DNA from: an uncultured Alphaproteobacteria bacterium
GTDB lineage: Bacteria > Pseudomonadota > Alphaproteobacteria > Geminicoccales > Geminicoccaceae
Assembly: GCA_963700945.1 (NCBI GenBank)
Contig: CAVOZQ010000040.1
Span: 239,112 to 303,111 of the forward strand
Length of the DNA: 64,000 nt
Reading direction: 5' to 3'
Notes under the pieces: model-generated
Told to the model about the DNA's origin: nothing
Databases searched by the model: none
The model's input: the letters and a program-made list of their open reading frames with translations, nothing else
Shown here: positions 8,998-17,866 of the stretch, piece after piece
Position numbering within the stretch: the stretch's first letter is position 1
Layout: each line of letters begins with the position of its first letter
Program-made: the position numbers and the translations under genes

Positions 8998-9834
8998 TTA
9001 TTCAGGCGGTCCCAGAACAATTTCAATGCGTCGGTTCTGACGGCGGCCTTCTTCAGTATCGTTGGGAGCAACCGGTCTGTAAAAACTGTATCCGCGGGCG
9101 GAAAGCCTTTGCGGATCAATCCCCCTTTCCTCCTGAAAAAAATGGGCGACTGCTGAAGCCCTGGCAGTTGAAAGTTCCCAGTTGCTCGGAAATCGTTTCA
9201 TCAGATTCGCAGTCAAAGAGACATTGTCCGTATGGCCCTCAATCACGATATTCTGATTTTTGTTTTCTTTCAGAGACTTTGCCAGCACCCGCAGCAATTC
9301 TTTTCCCCTGGGATTAATTTCAGCACTTCCTGAATCAAAAAGGATCTTATCCACAAATATGACTTTCAGTTTATTTTCTGCTTCGATCACTTCGACCTCT
9401 TGGGCCGCAATCTGATCTTTCAAGCTGGTTTGAATGGTCTTCTTGGTATCATCCAACAGCTGAATGACTTTTTCCTGGAGCTCGACGACGGATTTCTTCT
9501 TATTTAGTTCCAATTTAAGGATCTTGATGTTTTCCGACAATTGCAGGTTGATATTTTTCAGATACGTGTATTGAGTCTGAAGATCTTCTAAGTCTTTGGC
9601 GCATTTATTTCTTGCTTCCTCCGAGTCTTTAAGCTCAGCTGCCATCAGTTGAAGTCTTCTCTCAGCCTGGGACAATTCACTCTCCAGATATTCCAGCCGG
9701 TTTTTAGCCTGAGACTTCTGAATCCGTGAATCTTCCAGTTGAGCTTCCAGCGTCGTATATTGCGGTTTAAGAAAACAGGCGGATAGTACCATCACAATCG
9801 AGCATGAGATAACCAACAGAATTCTGCTGTGCAT
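8998..9834 (-). CDS. OmpA/MotB-domain lipoprotein with long coiled-coil
   Basis: Lipobox-like VLSAC at the N-terminus, a heptad-rich central part, and a C-terminal OmpA-like motif (GHTDN..NWELSTARASAV..NRRIEIVL). Confidence 0.8.
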   Translation of the reverse strand: MHSRILLVISCSIVMVLSACFLKPQYTTLEAQLEDSRIQKSQAKNRLEYLESELSQAERRLQLMAAELKDSEEARNKCAKDLEDLQTQYTYLKNINLQLSENIKILKLELNKKKSVVELQEKVIQLLDDTKKTIQTSLKDQIAAQEVEVIEAENKLKVIFVDKILFDSGSAEINPRGKELLRVLAKSLKENKNQNIVIEGHTDNVSLTANLMKRFPSNWELSTARASAVAHFFQEERGIDPQRLSARGYSFYRPVAPNDTEEGRRQNRRIEIVLGPPE

Positions 9835-9901
9835 GGGAATGTCTCCGTGCTGTGATGCATGGGATACAAGGTTAGGCGCACTTTGCCGGGACTGGATAAT
9901 A

Positions 9902-9973
9902 GTTCAGCCACCAAGGCACTAAGCCACAAAGATTATATTCCTTTTTTGTGCCTTCGTGACTTAGTGGCAGATT
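9902..9973. repeat. Pair of facing REP-like units (GTTCAGCCACCAAGGCACTAAGCCACAAAG .. TTTTTGTGCCTTCGTGACTTAGTGGCAGATT) forming an imperfect hairpin
   Basis: Direct reading; same word family as 6185-6214, 53396-53467 and 55168-55199. Lies upstream of the OmpA-like gene. Confidence 0.6.
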
Positions 9974-10028
9974 CTTCACGATTTTAGCAAAATTCCATGC
10001 GTTTTCATAACAATATTTTCCCATTTGA

Positions 10029-11279
10029 TTACATCGGTATATCAAAACTGTCAGCATAACCGGTAAGTTCCACGTAGCCGTGACCTTTGATCGGATTTGC
10101 GTCCTTTGTCCCCCGGATGGACACACATCCTTCCCAGTAGGTGACACCGGTGCTTTCTAAAGTCTGCATTTCCTGATCTGCCAGGTTGGGAAAAATGGTT
10201 AAATCCAGGAAATATGGAAAAACCCGCAGACGCCATCGTGAAGGGTACACGGCTTTTGAATGGGGGCTTATCCAGGTATCCAGTATGGTCACAGCGAATT
10301 CATCCTTTCCGATTGCCCTGGTTTTTCCTTCAGGGTCGACAAATGTTCCGCCGGAAACAGCGCTGATACCACCATCATCCGTCCTTAATAGAAGAAGCAT
10401 GACCTCTGTCCGGTCGGACAATTGCAAACTGAACCAATCCCATCCCTTTAGGCCCGGCTCTAGCAACGCCGTGCTGAATTCATGATCCATCCATCCTTGC
10501 CCGCTGATGGCAAACGTTTTTCCTGCGATGGTTAATCGACCATCCACCGCCAGCCGGGTATAGGAGTAATAGCAGCTGGCTTTTTCCGGTGATGAGCCTT
10601 TCAGGCTGTAACCGGCCCGACCATGCAAAACCGGTGGTTTCACGGGCTTTAAAGTCAGCTCGTAGGAGAACTCATCCGTATCTACATTAAGCACCTGGGC
10701 TTCTGAGCCGATTCGAGCCGACCAGTTTTTTAAATAGACCACCGTCTCAGGCGGCTTATACAGAACACCGGCCATTGTCAGCGCCTCCCGGGAAACCAGT
10801 TCGGCCTGCAAATGCCGCTTGCCGGCAACATCTGAAACGGCAGCGTGGGCCGAATAAATCTGCTGGGTGCGCCAGGCGGACGGCGGGTTGGGCCAGGCTT
10901 TATCGGCACCCGGAGGACTGATTTGTCTGCGGAAAAAAGTCAGCTGGAATCCATAGAGATCCCCGGTTTCCGAGCGCAAATTGCCGGTGTAATACCACCA
11001 TTCGGTGCGGTACCCCGGATGCGCCCCGTGGTCTTTTGGGAATTCCAAAAAGCATGGACCAGTTACCGGGAAATAACCTGTTGGTTCGATGGCAAATACC
11101 GGAGAGACAACATTGAGACCAAAAACGACAAGGATCAGGCTGGAAATTACGGTAGCTTTATTGAAACCTCTCCTAACGCGGGCTGTATGTATATCTGTAA
11201 CCATGTTGAAGGCAGATATCCCCCTAAACCGGATTCGCATGAGGCGGAGAACCCAAAAAGTGGTTTTTGAAACATTCAT
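10029..11279 (-). CDS. AttH-like / CrtC-type lipocalin-fold protein (start may be the internal Met at 11204)
   Basis: Hallmark FPKDHGAHPGYRTEWWYYTGNL..YGFQLTFFR near the N-terminus, after a signal/TM segment. Confidence 0.8.
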   Translation of the reverse strand: MNVSKTTFWVLRLMRIRFRGISAFNMVTDIHTARVRRGFNKATVISSLILVVFGLNVVSPVFAIEPTGYFPVTGPCFLEFPKDHGAHPGYRTEWWYYTGNLRSETGDLYGFQLTFFRRQISPPGADKAWPNPPSAWRTQQIYSAHAAVSDVAGKRHLQAELVSREALTMAGVLYKPPETVVYLKNWSARIGSEAQVLNVDTDEFSYELTLKPVKPPVLHGRAGYSLKGSSPEKASCYYSYTRLAVDGRLTIAGKTFAISGQGWMDHEFSTALLEPGLKGWDWFSLQLSDRTEVMLLLLRTDDGGISAVSGGTFVDPEGKTRAIGKDEFAVTILDTWISPHSKAVYPSRWRLRVFPYFLDLTIFPNLADQEMQTLESTGVTYWEGCVSIRGTKDANPIKGHGYVELTGYADSFDIPM

Positions 11280-11285
11280 TCTATG

Positions 11286-11594
11286 TTAGGGTTTTTTATC
11301 TCGCTGGGAACGCTTTTGTAGCACCCATTCAATCAACGCCCCTGGATCAGGAACTGTATCGATCTTAGTCGTCTTGCTGACTGCGCTTTTAGAAGCCTCC
11401 TTGAAGTCAGGCGAAAATCGGCAACGAGTGCCCCAATAGTATGAAATTCCCCCAATCTCGATTAGTAAAACGGCTAGGATGCTATAAAATTTCCATTTAC
11501 GACTAAAATTTTGGCGGCTGGCAAGCATATTCTGCTGTTGTCTATTGATATACTCTTTTTCAGCTTGTTTCAGAGCTTGATGTGTTTTGCCCAT
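11286..11594 (-). CDS. small single-pass membrane protein (N-terminus MGKTHQALKQAEKEY)
   Basis: 102-aa ORF with one TM helix (FYSILAVLLIEIGGISYYW). Its first ~57 aa are duplicated as the N-terminus of ORF 11735..12745. It ends 6 nt before the AttH-like start. Confidence 0.55.
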   Translation of the reverse strand: MGKTHQALKQAEKEYINRQQQNMLASRQNFSRKWKFYSILAVLLIEIGGISYYWGTRCRFSPDFKEASKSAVSKTTKIDTVPDPGALIEWVLQKRSQRDKKP

Positions 11595-13723
11595 TTGATT
11601 CCGAGACGTTAAAATTATGCTGACAGTGGTGTCCGTTTTTTACCTTTGATCAAATGCCCCTCCAATTCCTAGCACCCGACACCTGAAACCTTAAGTTTCT
11701 GAAAACATGTTGTCAGAAAAATGCTCCTAAGGGCCTAGTTCAACCGCGGTAGTTTGATCACCTGTCCTACGTTAATCCGATTGATATCCCGAATCTCTGG
11801 ATTGTTACTCAGCACTTTAAGGAGGGTTTCCTTGCGGTAAGTACCGTAATTTTGCTTAATGATTTTCATTAGAGTATCCCCACGCTTGACAACCACCTCC
11901 TGCGGCAAGCTTGGCGATGGTTCGACCTCGGTCTCCGGCGCCGCTTCGGCTTTCATCTGAGGCTTGGGGGATACGATGTCGGGTTGGGTTGTGGCGCGCT
12001 TTGCGGCCGACAGCTCACCAGTCTGGTTGTCGGACTCAAAAACTTTTAAAGTATTATTTTGGGATTCACTCTCCGAGGCGATTTCCGGTAGCTCAGGCTC
12101 AGATAAAAGAACCGTCGTTGGTTCAAGTTTTTTTTGGGGCTTAACGGGTACTGAATCTTGCTCGGCAAGATGGTCAGACTCTGCAGTCTGTAATTGGACA
12201 TCTCCAGCGGATTCTAACAAAGAGGTGCCTTGAGTTGAAACCAGCTCTTGGCGATCAATGGGTTGGAGATTACCGTTCGTTGCAGATGGTGACAAAGACT
12301 GTTCGCGGTTCGGCGGCTCAAGGGTCGTTCCGGCCGGCTCAATCTGATCGATTCCGGATATATTGAATCGGAAATTATCCCAAAATAAGCCACATAGAAA
12401 AATGAGACCACCAAGGAGCATCAAACTTGCGGCCCATGCAAAGCGCCGACCGAGGCTACGCGGCTTGGCCTGCAAGGCTTGATTCACAGCAGATGACGCC
12501 GCAGGAAGCGCGGGCGCTGCCGTTTGCGTTGCGGCGGTTTCGACGGAATCATTTGCCGTGAGCCTTGCTTGCAAACGAGTGCCCCAATTGTACGAAATTC
12601 TCCCAATCGCGATTAGTAAAACGGCTAGGGTTCCATAAAAATTCCATTTACGACTAAACTTTTGGCGGCTGGCAAGCCTATTCTGCTGTTGTCTATTGAC
12701 ATACTCTTTTTCAGCCTGTTTCAGAGCTTGATGTGTTTTGCCCATTTGATTCCGAGACGTTAAAATTATGCTGACAGCGGTGTCCGTTTTTTACCTTTGA
12801 TCAAATGCCCCTCCAATTCCTAGCACCCGACACCTGAAACCTTAAGTTTCTGAAAACATGTTGTCAGAAAAATGCTCCTAAGGGCCTAGTTCAACCGCGG
12901 TAGTTTGATCACCTGTCCTACGTTAATCCGATTGATATCCCGAATCTCTGGATTGTTACTCAGCACTTTAAGGAGGGTTTCCTTGCGGTTATTACCGTAA
13001 TTTTGCCTAAGGATTTTCATTAGAGTATCCCCACGCTTGACAACCACCTCCTGTGGCAAGCTTGGCGATGGTTCGACCTCGGTCTCCGGCGCCGCTTCGG
13101 CTTTCATCTGAGGCTTGGGGGATACGATGTCGGGTTGGGTTGTGGCGCGCTTTGCGGCCGACAGCTCACCAGTCTGGTTGTCGGACTCAAAAACTTTTAA
13201 AGTATTATTTTGGGATTCACTCTCCGAGGCGATTTCCGGTAGCTCAGGCTCAGATAAAGGAACCATCGTTGGTTCAAGTTTTTTTTGGGGCTTAGCGGGT
13301 ACCGAATCTTGCTTGGCAAGATGGTCAGACTCTGCAGTCTGTAATTGGACATCTCCAGCGGATTCTAATAAAGAGGTGCCTTGAGTTGAAACCAGCTCTT
13401 GGCGATCAATGGGTTGGAGATTACCGTTCGTTGCAGATGGTGACAAAGACTGTTCGCGGTTCGGCGGCTCAAGGGTCGTTCCGGCCGGCTCAATCTGATC
13501 GATTCCGGATATATTGAATCGGAAATTATCCCAAAATAAGCCACATAGAAAAATGAGACCACCAAGGAGCATCAAACTTGCCGCCCATGCAAAGCGCCGA
13601 ACAAGGCTACGCGGCTTGGCCTGCAAGGGTTGATTCACAGCAGATGACGCCGCATGAAGCGCGGGCGCTGCCGTTTGCGTTGCGGCGCTTTCGACGGAAT
13701 CATTTGCCGTGAGGCTTGCTTGC
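11422..13723. repeat. Tandem direct duplication, 2 x 1151 bp (11422-12572 and 12573-13723), a few percent diverged
   Basis: Identical landmarks are offset by exactly 1151 nt (stop codons at 11735 and 12886; intergenic blocks 11595-11734 and 12746-12885). Scattered substitutions separate the copies. Confidence 0.9.
11735..12745 (-). CDS. chimeric ORF: N-terminus of the small MGKTHQ membrane protein fused to the TM, low-complexity and LysM C-terminus of the ExeA-like protein
   Basis: aa 1-57 match ORF 11286..11594. aa 58-336 are near-identical to aa ~272-550 of ORF 12886..14538. The junction WGTR|LQA coincides with the duplication boundary at 12572/12573. Confidence 0.7.
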   Translation of the reverse strand: MGKTHQALKQAEKEYVNRQQQNRLASRQKFSRKWNFYGTLAVLLIAIGRISYNWGTRLQARLTANDSVETAATQTAAPALPAASSAVNQALQAKPRSLGRRFAWAASLMLLGGLIFLCGLFWDNFRFNISGIDQIEPAGTTLEPPNREQSLSPSATNGNLQPIDRQELVSTQGTSLLESAGDVQLQTAESDHLAEQDSVPVKPQKKLEPTTVLLSEPELPEIASESESQNNTLKVFESDNQTGELSAAKRATTQPDIVSPKPQMKAEAAPETEVEPSPSLPQEVVVKRGDTLMKIIKQNYGTYRKETLLKVLSNNPEIRDINRINVGQVIKLPRLN

Positions 13724-14538
13724 AAGCGATTCCAGCCGAGGTCATTGACAGCTTCTGTTACGAATTCTGATCTGATTTTGTTTTTCCCAAGCCCATACCC
13801 AATCAAAAGCGCATTGTCGCAGAGGTTGTTGATCTTACGCGGTATGCCCTGGGAATATTCCCAAATTAGCTTAAGCGCTCGGCTGCTAAAGAGAGAGGGC
13901 TTCTTGCAGTTCGCCTTAATCAACCGATGCCGGATATACTTGTAGGTCTCTTTTTCATTCAACGGGCTAAGATAACGCTTGATACTGATTCTTTGACTTA
14001 GCTGCCGCATCTCTTTCCGGCCCAGCATTTCGTCCAACTCAGGCTGCCCTGATAGTATAATCTGGAGGAGCTTGTGTTTGGGCGTTTCCAAATTCGAAAG
14101 GAGTCTTAGGTTTTCCAGAGACCGTCGGTCAAGATTTTGGGCTTCATCGATAATCAGTACGACGTTCCCACCGGTTGCGAGTTGCTGGATGGCGAATTCA
14201 TTCAATCGGTGAATCGCTTCAACCTTGTCAAGCGTTTCATCCGGATTTAATATTCCTAAATCGACGAGAGCCATCCTGAGCATTTCTTCAAAGCTGACGT
14301 CGGTATTAAATATATTGGCGACTTTTGTATTTTCATCGAATCGATCTAGAATAGCATTCAATAGAGTGGTTTTGCCCGTGCCCACCTCGCCGACGATAAC
14401 AATGAAGCCTCGCCTTTCCTGAATTCCATAAATCAGGGACGCCAATATCTCATCATGACTAGGGCTCGAGTAGAGAAAAGAAGGATCCGGCGTTACTTCA
14501 AACGGCTTTTCGTCTAATCCAAAAAACTTTCGGTACAT
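12886..14538 (-). CDS. ExeA/GspA/MshM-like AAA ATPase with TM segment and C-terminal LysM peptidoglycan-binding domain
   Basis: N-terminus MYRKFFGLDEKPFEVTPDPSFLY; Walker A GEVGTGKTT; IIDEAQNL box. C-terminal LysM-like VVKRGDTLMKIL..NVGQVIKLP. Confidence 0.85.
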   Translation of the reverse strand: MYRKFFGLDEKPFEVTPDPSFLYSSPSHDEILASLIYGIQERRGFIVIVGEVGTGKTTLLNAILDRFDENTKVANIFNTDVSFEEMLRMALVDLGILNPDETLDKVEAIHRLNEFAIQQLATGGNVVLIIDEAQNLDRRSLENLRLLSNLETPKHKLLQIILSGQPELDEMLGRKEMRQLSQRISIKRYLSPLNEKETYKYIRHRLIKANCKKPSLFSSRALKLIWEYSQGIPRKINNLCDNALLIGYGLGKNKIRSEFVTEAVNDLGWNRLQASLTANDSVESAATQTAAPALHAASSAVNQPLQAKPRSLVRRFAWAASLMLLGGLIFLCGLFWDNFRFNISGIDQIEPAGTTLEPPNREQSLSPSATNGNLQPIDRQELVSTQGTSLLESAGDVQLQTAESDHLAKQDSVPAKPQKKLEPTMVPLSEPELPEIASESESQNNTLKVFESDNQTGELSAAKRATTQPDIVSPKPQMKAEAAPETEVEPSPSLPQEVVVKRGDTLMKILRQNYGNNRKETLLKVLSNNPEIRDINRINVGQVIKLPRLN

Positions 14539-14760
14539 GATTTACTCAACCTGTTGGGTTCACTTTTATAGACCTATTTCTCTAACCCAGATAGTTCTCA
14601 TTTGTCAAATATAAAAAGCATACATATCAGAACGATAGCAACTTCTCGATAGGTTCGGGTAAGTCTCTGAATTCGGATTGATTCCTGATGCAACGGGAAG
14701 GGTTGCCGTTTTCGATCGTAAAACACAAATTTAAGAACCACGCACAAATGGGTTATGCGC

Positions 14761-14928
14761 TTTCCACGCCATACCCTATGCCCTAAGCTCTCTGCCCTAT
14801 AATTCCGCATTCCGCATTCCGACTTCCCTCCGGGGCGCAGGCCCCTATGTCCCCTACGGGCCGGAGGAAGCATTCAATTCCTTCTACCCTATATTTCCGC
14901 ATTCCCCATTCCAAATTCCGCCCTCAAG
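14761..14928. repeat. Pyrimidine-rich repeat tract (same words as 1-281) with embedded GC-rich hairpin 14823-14870, directly 3' of the FtsX permease ORF
   Basis: AATTCCGCATTCCGCATTCCGACTTCC and TTTCCGCATTCCCCATTCCAAATTCC words. Inverted CTTCCCTCCGG .. CCGGAGGAAG. Confidence 0.6.
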
Positions 14929-17514
14929 TCATTCCCGCAACAGTGTCGCCGGTGGTTGCCGAAAAACCATCTTGATGGCCGGAAGCGCCGCAGCCAGTGC
15001 GGTCAGAATAATCAAGGGCAGCGACATGCCCAGCGCTCCCCAGTCCACCCCGTATAAGAACGTCCAGCCAAATGATTGTCGATTGATCACATACACCAGT
15101 AGATAAGACAGGATGAAGCCGCAGACAATCCCGGCCAGTTCACCCGCCACCACTATGAATGCCGCCTCCCAGAAAATCATGGATCGGATCTGGCCGAAAT
15201 CGGCTCCGATCGCAAACAGCGTATTCAGCTGCCGGGAGCGTTCCAATACCAGAACCGTCAGGGTCGTGGCAATCCCCAGTGCCGCTATCACCAGGGCGAT
15301 GAGCAATAGCACCGTGGTAACGGCAAATGTTTCGTCGAAAACCCGCAGAATGGACGCCCGCAGATCTTCGCCGCTGATCATATCCAGGTCGCCACCCCAG
15401 CGCTCGACTATTTTCTTTCGCAAATCGGCAACTGCGCGGCCCAGATCCTGGTTTCGATCCCGAAAGTACACCCGTAACCCGCTCCAACGCGGATCATGAT
15501 AGCGCGCCTTGAAATGCCCCAGGGAATAAAAGACCACACCGCCCTGGGTACGATAATCCCGCACCACTCCCAAAACCGGTAATTCAACCAGGGACGCTTC
15601 AATCCGGGCCTTGAATGTATCCCCGACGGTCAACCCCGTGCGGTTTGAAAACACTTCGGAAATAATCACCCCTTCGCCGCAACCCAGGCGGGATCGAATT
15701 TTATCCGGTTCACCCTTCATCCAGAAAAAATCCGCATACTTTAAAAAAACATCCAGATCCAGGGCCTCGAATTCATAAGGAAAATTGTCATATCTGAGAA
15801 AATATCGGCGATTGGGTACAATTTCGATCTCTTTGTCCAGGGTCTGAAACCAGGCCGCCACCGGTGGGGAAATCGGCTGACGAAATTGGTTTATCTCGTT
15901 GAGTTTCGGTGTCAGAAACAGATCACCGCTGATGGTCTGATAGGTCCATATTTCCACCGTCCGGCGAAAGCTGTGGATCATGATAACCAGCGATGCAAAC
16001 AACGCCACGGCCGTAATAAGCGCTCCGACGGAAACGGCGGTGCGGGTTCCGCTGTCCCGCACATACCGGGCCGCCAGATACGCCGTCACCCCGGCAAATC
16101 GGCGCAGCAGGGGCGAGAGCGTATTGCCCATATGTACCATAAAGGAGGGAACGAGCAAAGAAAATCCCACAAAAAGAAGCATAAAAGCAAAATAACCCGG
16201 CAGCGGCACACCCAGCACGCCGGGAAGCCGCGACAACGGTAAAACCAGTATGATACAGATCAGACCAGCCAGGGCGAGGTTGCGAGGAGATTTTTTGACC
16301 CCGATGCCATGCTGGGATATTTCCAGAGCTTCTTTGGGTGACACCTGCATGGCTTCGCGGGCAGGTTGCAGCGCCGCCAGGACGGATATGAACACCGTTA
16401 CGCCAAAACTCAATGCAATCTCCCACAAGCTGAGAGAGATCGTATCCACCTGCACGCGAACAAACAAGGTAGAAATGGTCTGGCTCACCCCGTGCAGCAA
16501 ATACTTCACCAGAAAGCTGCTGACGGGAATGGCTGCAATCCAGCCGGCAATGCCAAAAAGCGCACCTTCTGCCAGAAACAGAAGTAACAGCAGGTAGGGC
16601 GATCCGCCGGTGGATCGCAACACCGCCAGTTCGTGACGACGGGAGGCGGCATTCAAGGCTACCAGACTGTAAACCAGAAACATACCCACAAACAAAGATG
16701 CAAAACTTAAAATGGAAAGATTGAGCTGATAGGCCCGTATCAACGCCTGCCCGCTCTCTTTGGCAGCCAGAGGAGAACTCAGCACAACGCCCTCAGGCAA
16801 AATTTGGCGGATTGCTGCCAGATCGCGGTCCGCGATACCGGGTTTGAAGCGCAAATCGATGCGGTCCACCCGGCCGTAGTCCCCGGTGAACTCTTGAAAG
16901 GTGGCGATGTCCGTGAGCGCCACGCGGCCGCCCTCAGCCAGGGCCAAACCTTTTGATGCCAGAGTCCCGGTGATTCGAAACCGTGCTGTCCGGCGGGTAT
17001 TTTCCAGATAAATGAAGTCGCCTTGACGCCATTGATACTTGAGCGCCAGGGGTTTACCGATGATCAGGGTGTAGGGATCTTTTAATAGATTGAGCCAGGA
17101 ATCGGTTGCTTTGTTGGCGTTGCCGGCAATTTGCCAGTTACGAAAGGAGTGATCCAAAATGGGGTCAAAGCCAATCAGAAGAAAAGGATCTGAATGTGGC
17201 CGTCCGGGCCGGATGTAAATGGTAAGCAGTGGCGAAACGCTCTCAATGAGGGGATGTTTTATTAATTTCGCAACCAGTTGCTCCGGCACGCTCCCCCCCG
17301 GTCGGATCAAGACCCGGTCCGCCCGTCCGGCAATCAATTCCATACTTCGGCTGAATGAATCCAGCGATGCATGGATGGATAGTCTCACACTGGTAAATAC
17401 CGAGGCTCCCAGTGCGATCCCGAGAAGCACGGTCAGGGCCCGGCCCGGGTGCTTTCGCATGTTGCGCAGACTGAACCAGATAAAAAAATTAAAGAAGAAG
17501 GAAATGCGCTGCAT
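14929..17514 (-). CDS. ABC transporter permease with two FtsX/MacB-type domains
   Basis: 861-aa polytopic ORF: N-terminal TM, large loop, 3-TM bundle, then a repeat of the same architecture. Adjacent to the ABC ATPase. Confidence 0.8.
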   Translation of the reverse strand: MQRISFFFNFFIWFSLRNMRKHPGRALTVLLGIALGASVFTSVRLSIHASLDSFSRSMELIAGRADRVLIRPGGSVPEQLVAKLIKHPLIESVSPLLTIYIRPGRPHSDPFLLIGFDPILDHSFRNWQIAGNANKATDSWLNLLKDPYTLIIGKPLALKYQWRQGDFIYLENTRRTARFRITGTLASKGLALAEGGRVALTDIATFQEFTGDYGRVDRIDLRFKPGIADRDLAAIRQILPEGVVLSSPLAAKESGQALIRAYQLNLSILSFASLFVGMFLVYSLVALNAASRRHELAVLRSTGGSPYLLLLLFLAEGALFGIAGWIAAIPVSSFLVKYLLHGVSQTISTLFVRVQVDTISLSLWEIALSFGVTVFISVLAALQPAREAMQVSPKEALEISQHGIGVKKSPRNLALAGLICIILVLPLSRLPGVLGVPLPGYFAFMLLFVGFSLLVPSFMVHMGNTLSPLLRRFAGVTAYLAARYVRDSGTRTAVSVGALITAVALFASLVIMIHSFRRTVEIWTYQTISGDLFLTPKLNEINQFRQPISPPVAAWFQTLDKEIEIVPNRRYFLRYDNFPYEFEALDLDVFLKYADFFWMKGEPDKIRSRLGCGEGVIISEVFSNRTGLTVGDTFKARIEASLVELPVLGVVRDYRTQGGVVFYSLGHFKARYHDPRWSGLRVYFRDRNQDLGRAVADLRKKIVERWGGDLDMISGEDLRASILRVFDETFAVTTVLLLIALVIAALGIATTLTVLVLERSRQLNTLFAIGADFGQIRSMIFWEAAFIVVAGELAGIVCGFILSYLLVYVINRQSFGWTFLYGVDWGALGMSLPLIILTALAAALPAIKMVFRQPPATLLRE

Positions 17515-17775
17515 GTTTGATATTTTATTTAAAACCTAAACTGAGCGGTTCGGGGTTCAGGGTTCAACATTCAGGGTTAAGGACAAGGAAGACATTAAAG
17601 ACCCGAAGTATTCATAAAAATGCTCATTTCCCCAGATAATTGTTAATTTGATTCCAAATTTTGGATTATACCTGACGAAGCTGACACTTTTCGCGTAAAA
17701 ACGAATCCCAAATGCAGTCCAGGGACGAGAATGCAACCTTGAACCCGTGAACCTTTGAACCCGTGAACGCCTACC

Positions 17776-17866
17776 GGATTTATAACCAGATGAAGACACG
17801 ATCCCTTTGATACGAACCGTCTGAGGTTTTCAACCCAGAACGGTGAACCCTGAAACACTCAACCTG
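17776..17866 (+). repeat. ~85-nt dispersed module (GGATTTATAACCAGATGAAGACACGATCCCTTTGAT..GTTTTCAACCCAGAACGGTGAACCCTG)
   Basis: Alignable by eye to 20435-20511 (reverse), 22037-22113 (reverse), 38990-39075 and, more weakly, 47636-47705. Confidence 0.6.

Noticed and set aside
9872-10147. 91-aa ORF between the OmpA-like and AttH-like genes
   Set aside because: It is translated largely from the REP-like palindromic units and overlaps the AttH-like 3' end. There is no RBS or motif.
11422-13723. Considered whether the periodic repeats (the 1151-bp tandem, GGTTCA heptamers, 248-bp direct repeats) could be a CRISPR array
   Set aside because: There is no short-repeat/unique-spacer architecture and no cas genes. 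The units are either far too long or simple heptamer runs.
14598-14873. 91-aa ORF in the spacer after the FtsX permease
   Set aside because: It lies in the repeat tract and GC hairpin module, with no coding signal.
17557-17858. ORFs 17557..17799 and 17643..17858
   Set aside because: They are composed of GGTTCA-type heptamer repeats and the ~85-nt module, and they sit between the ATPase and permease genes of one operon.
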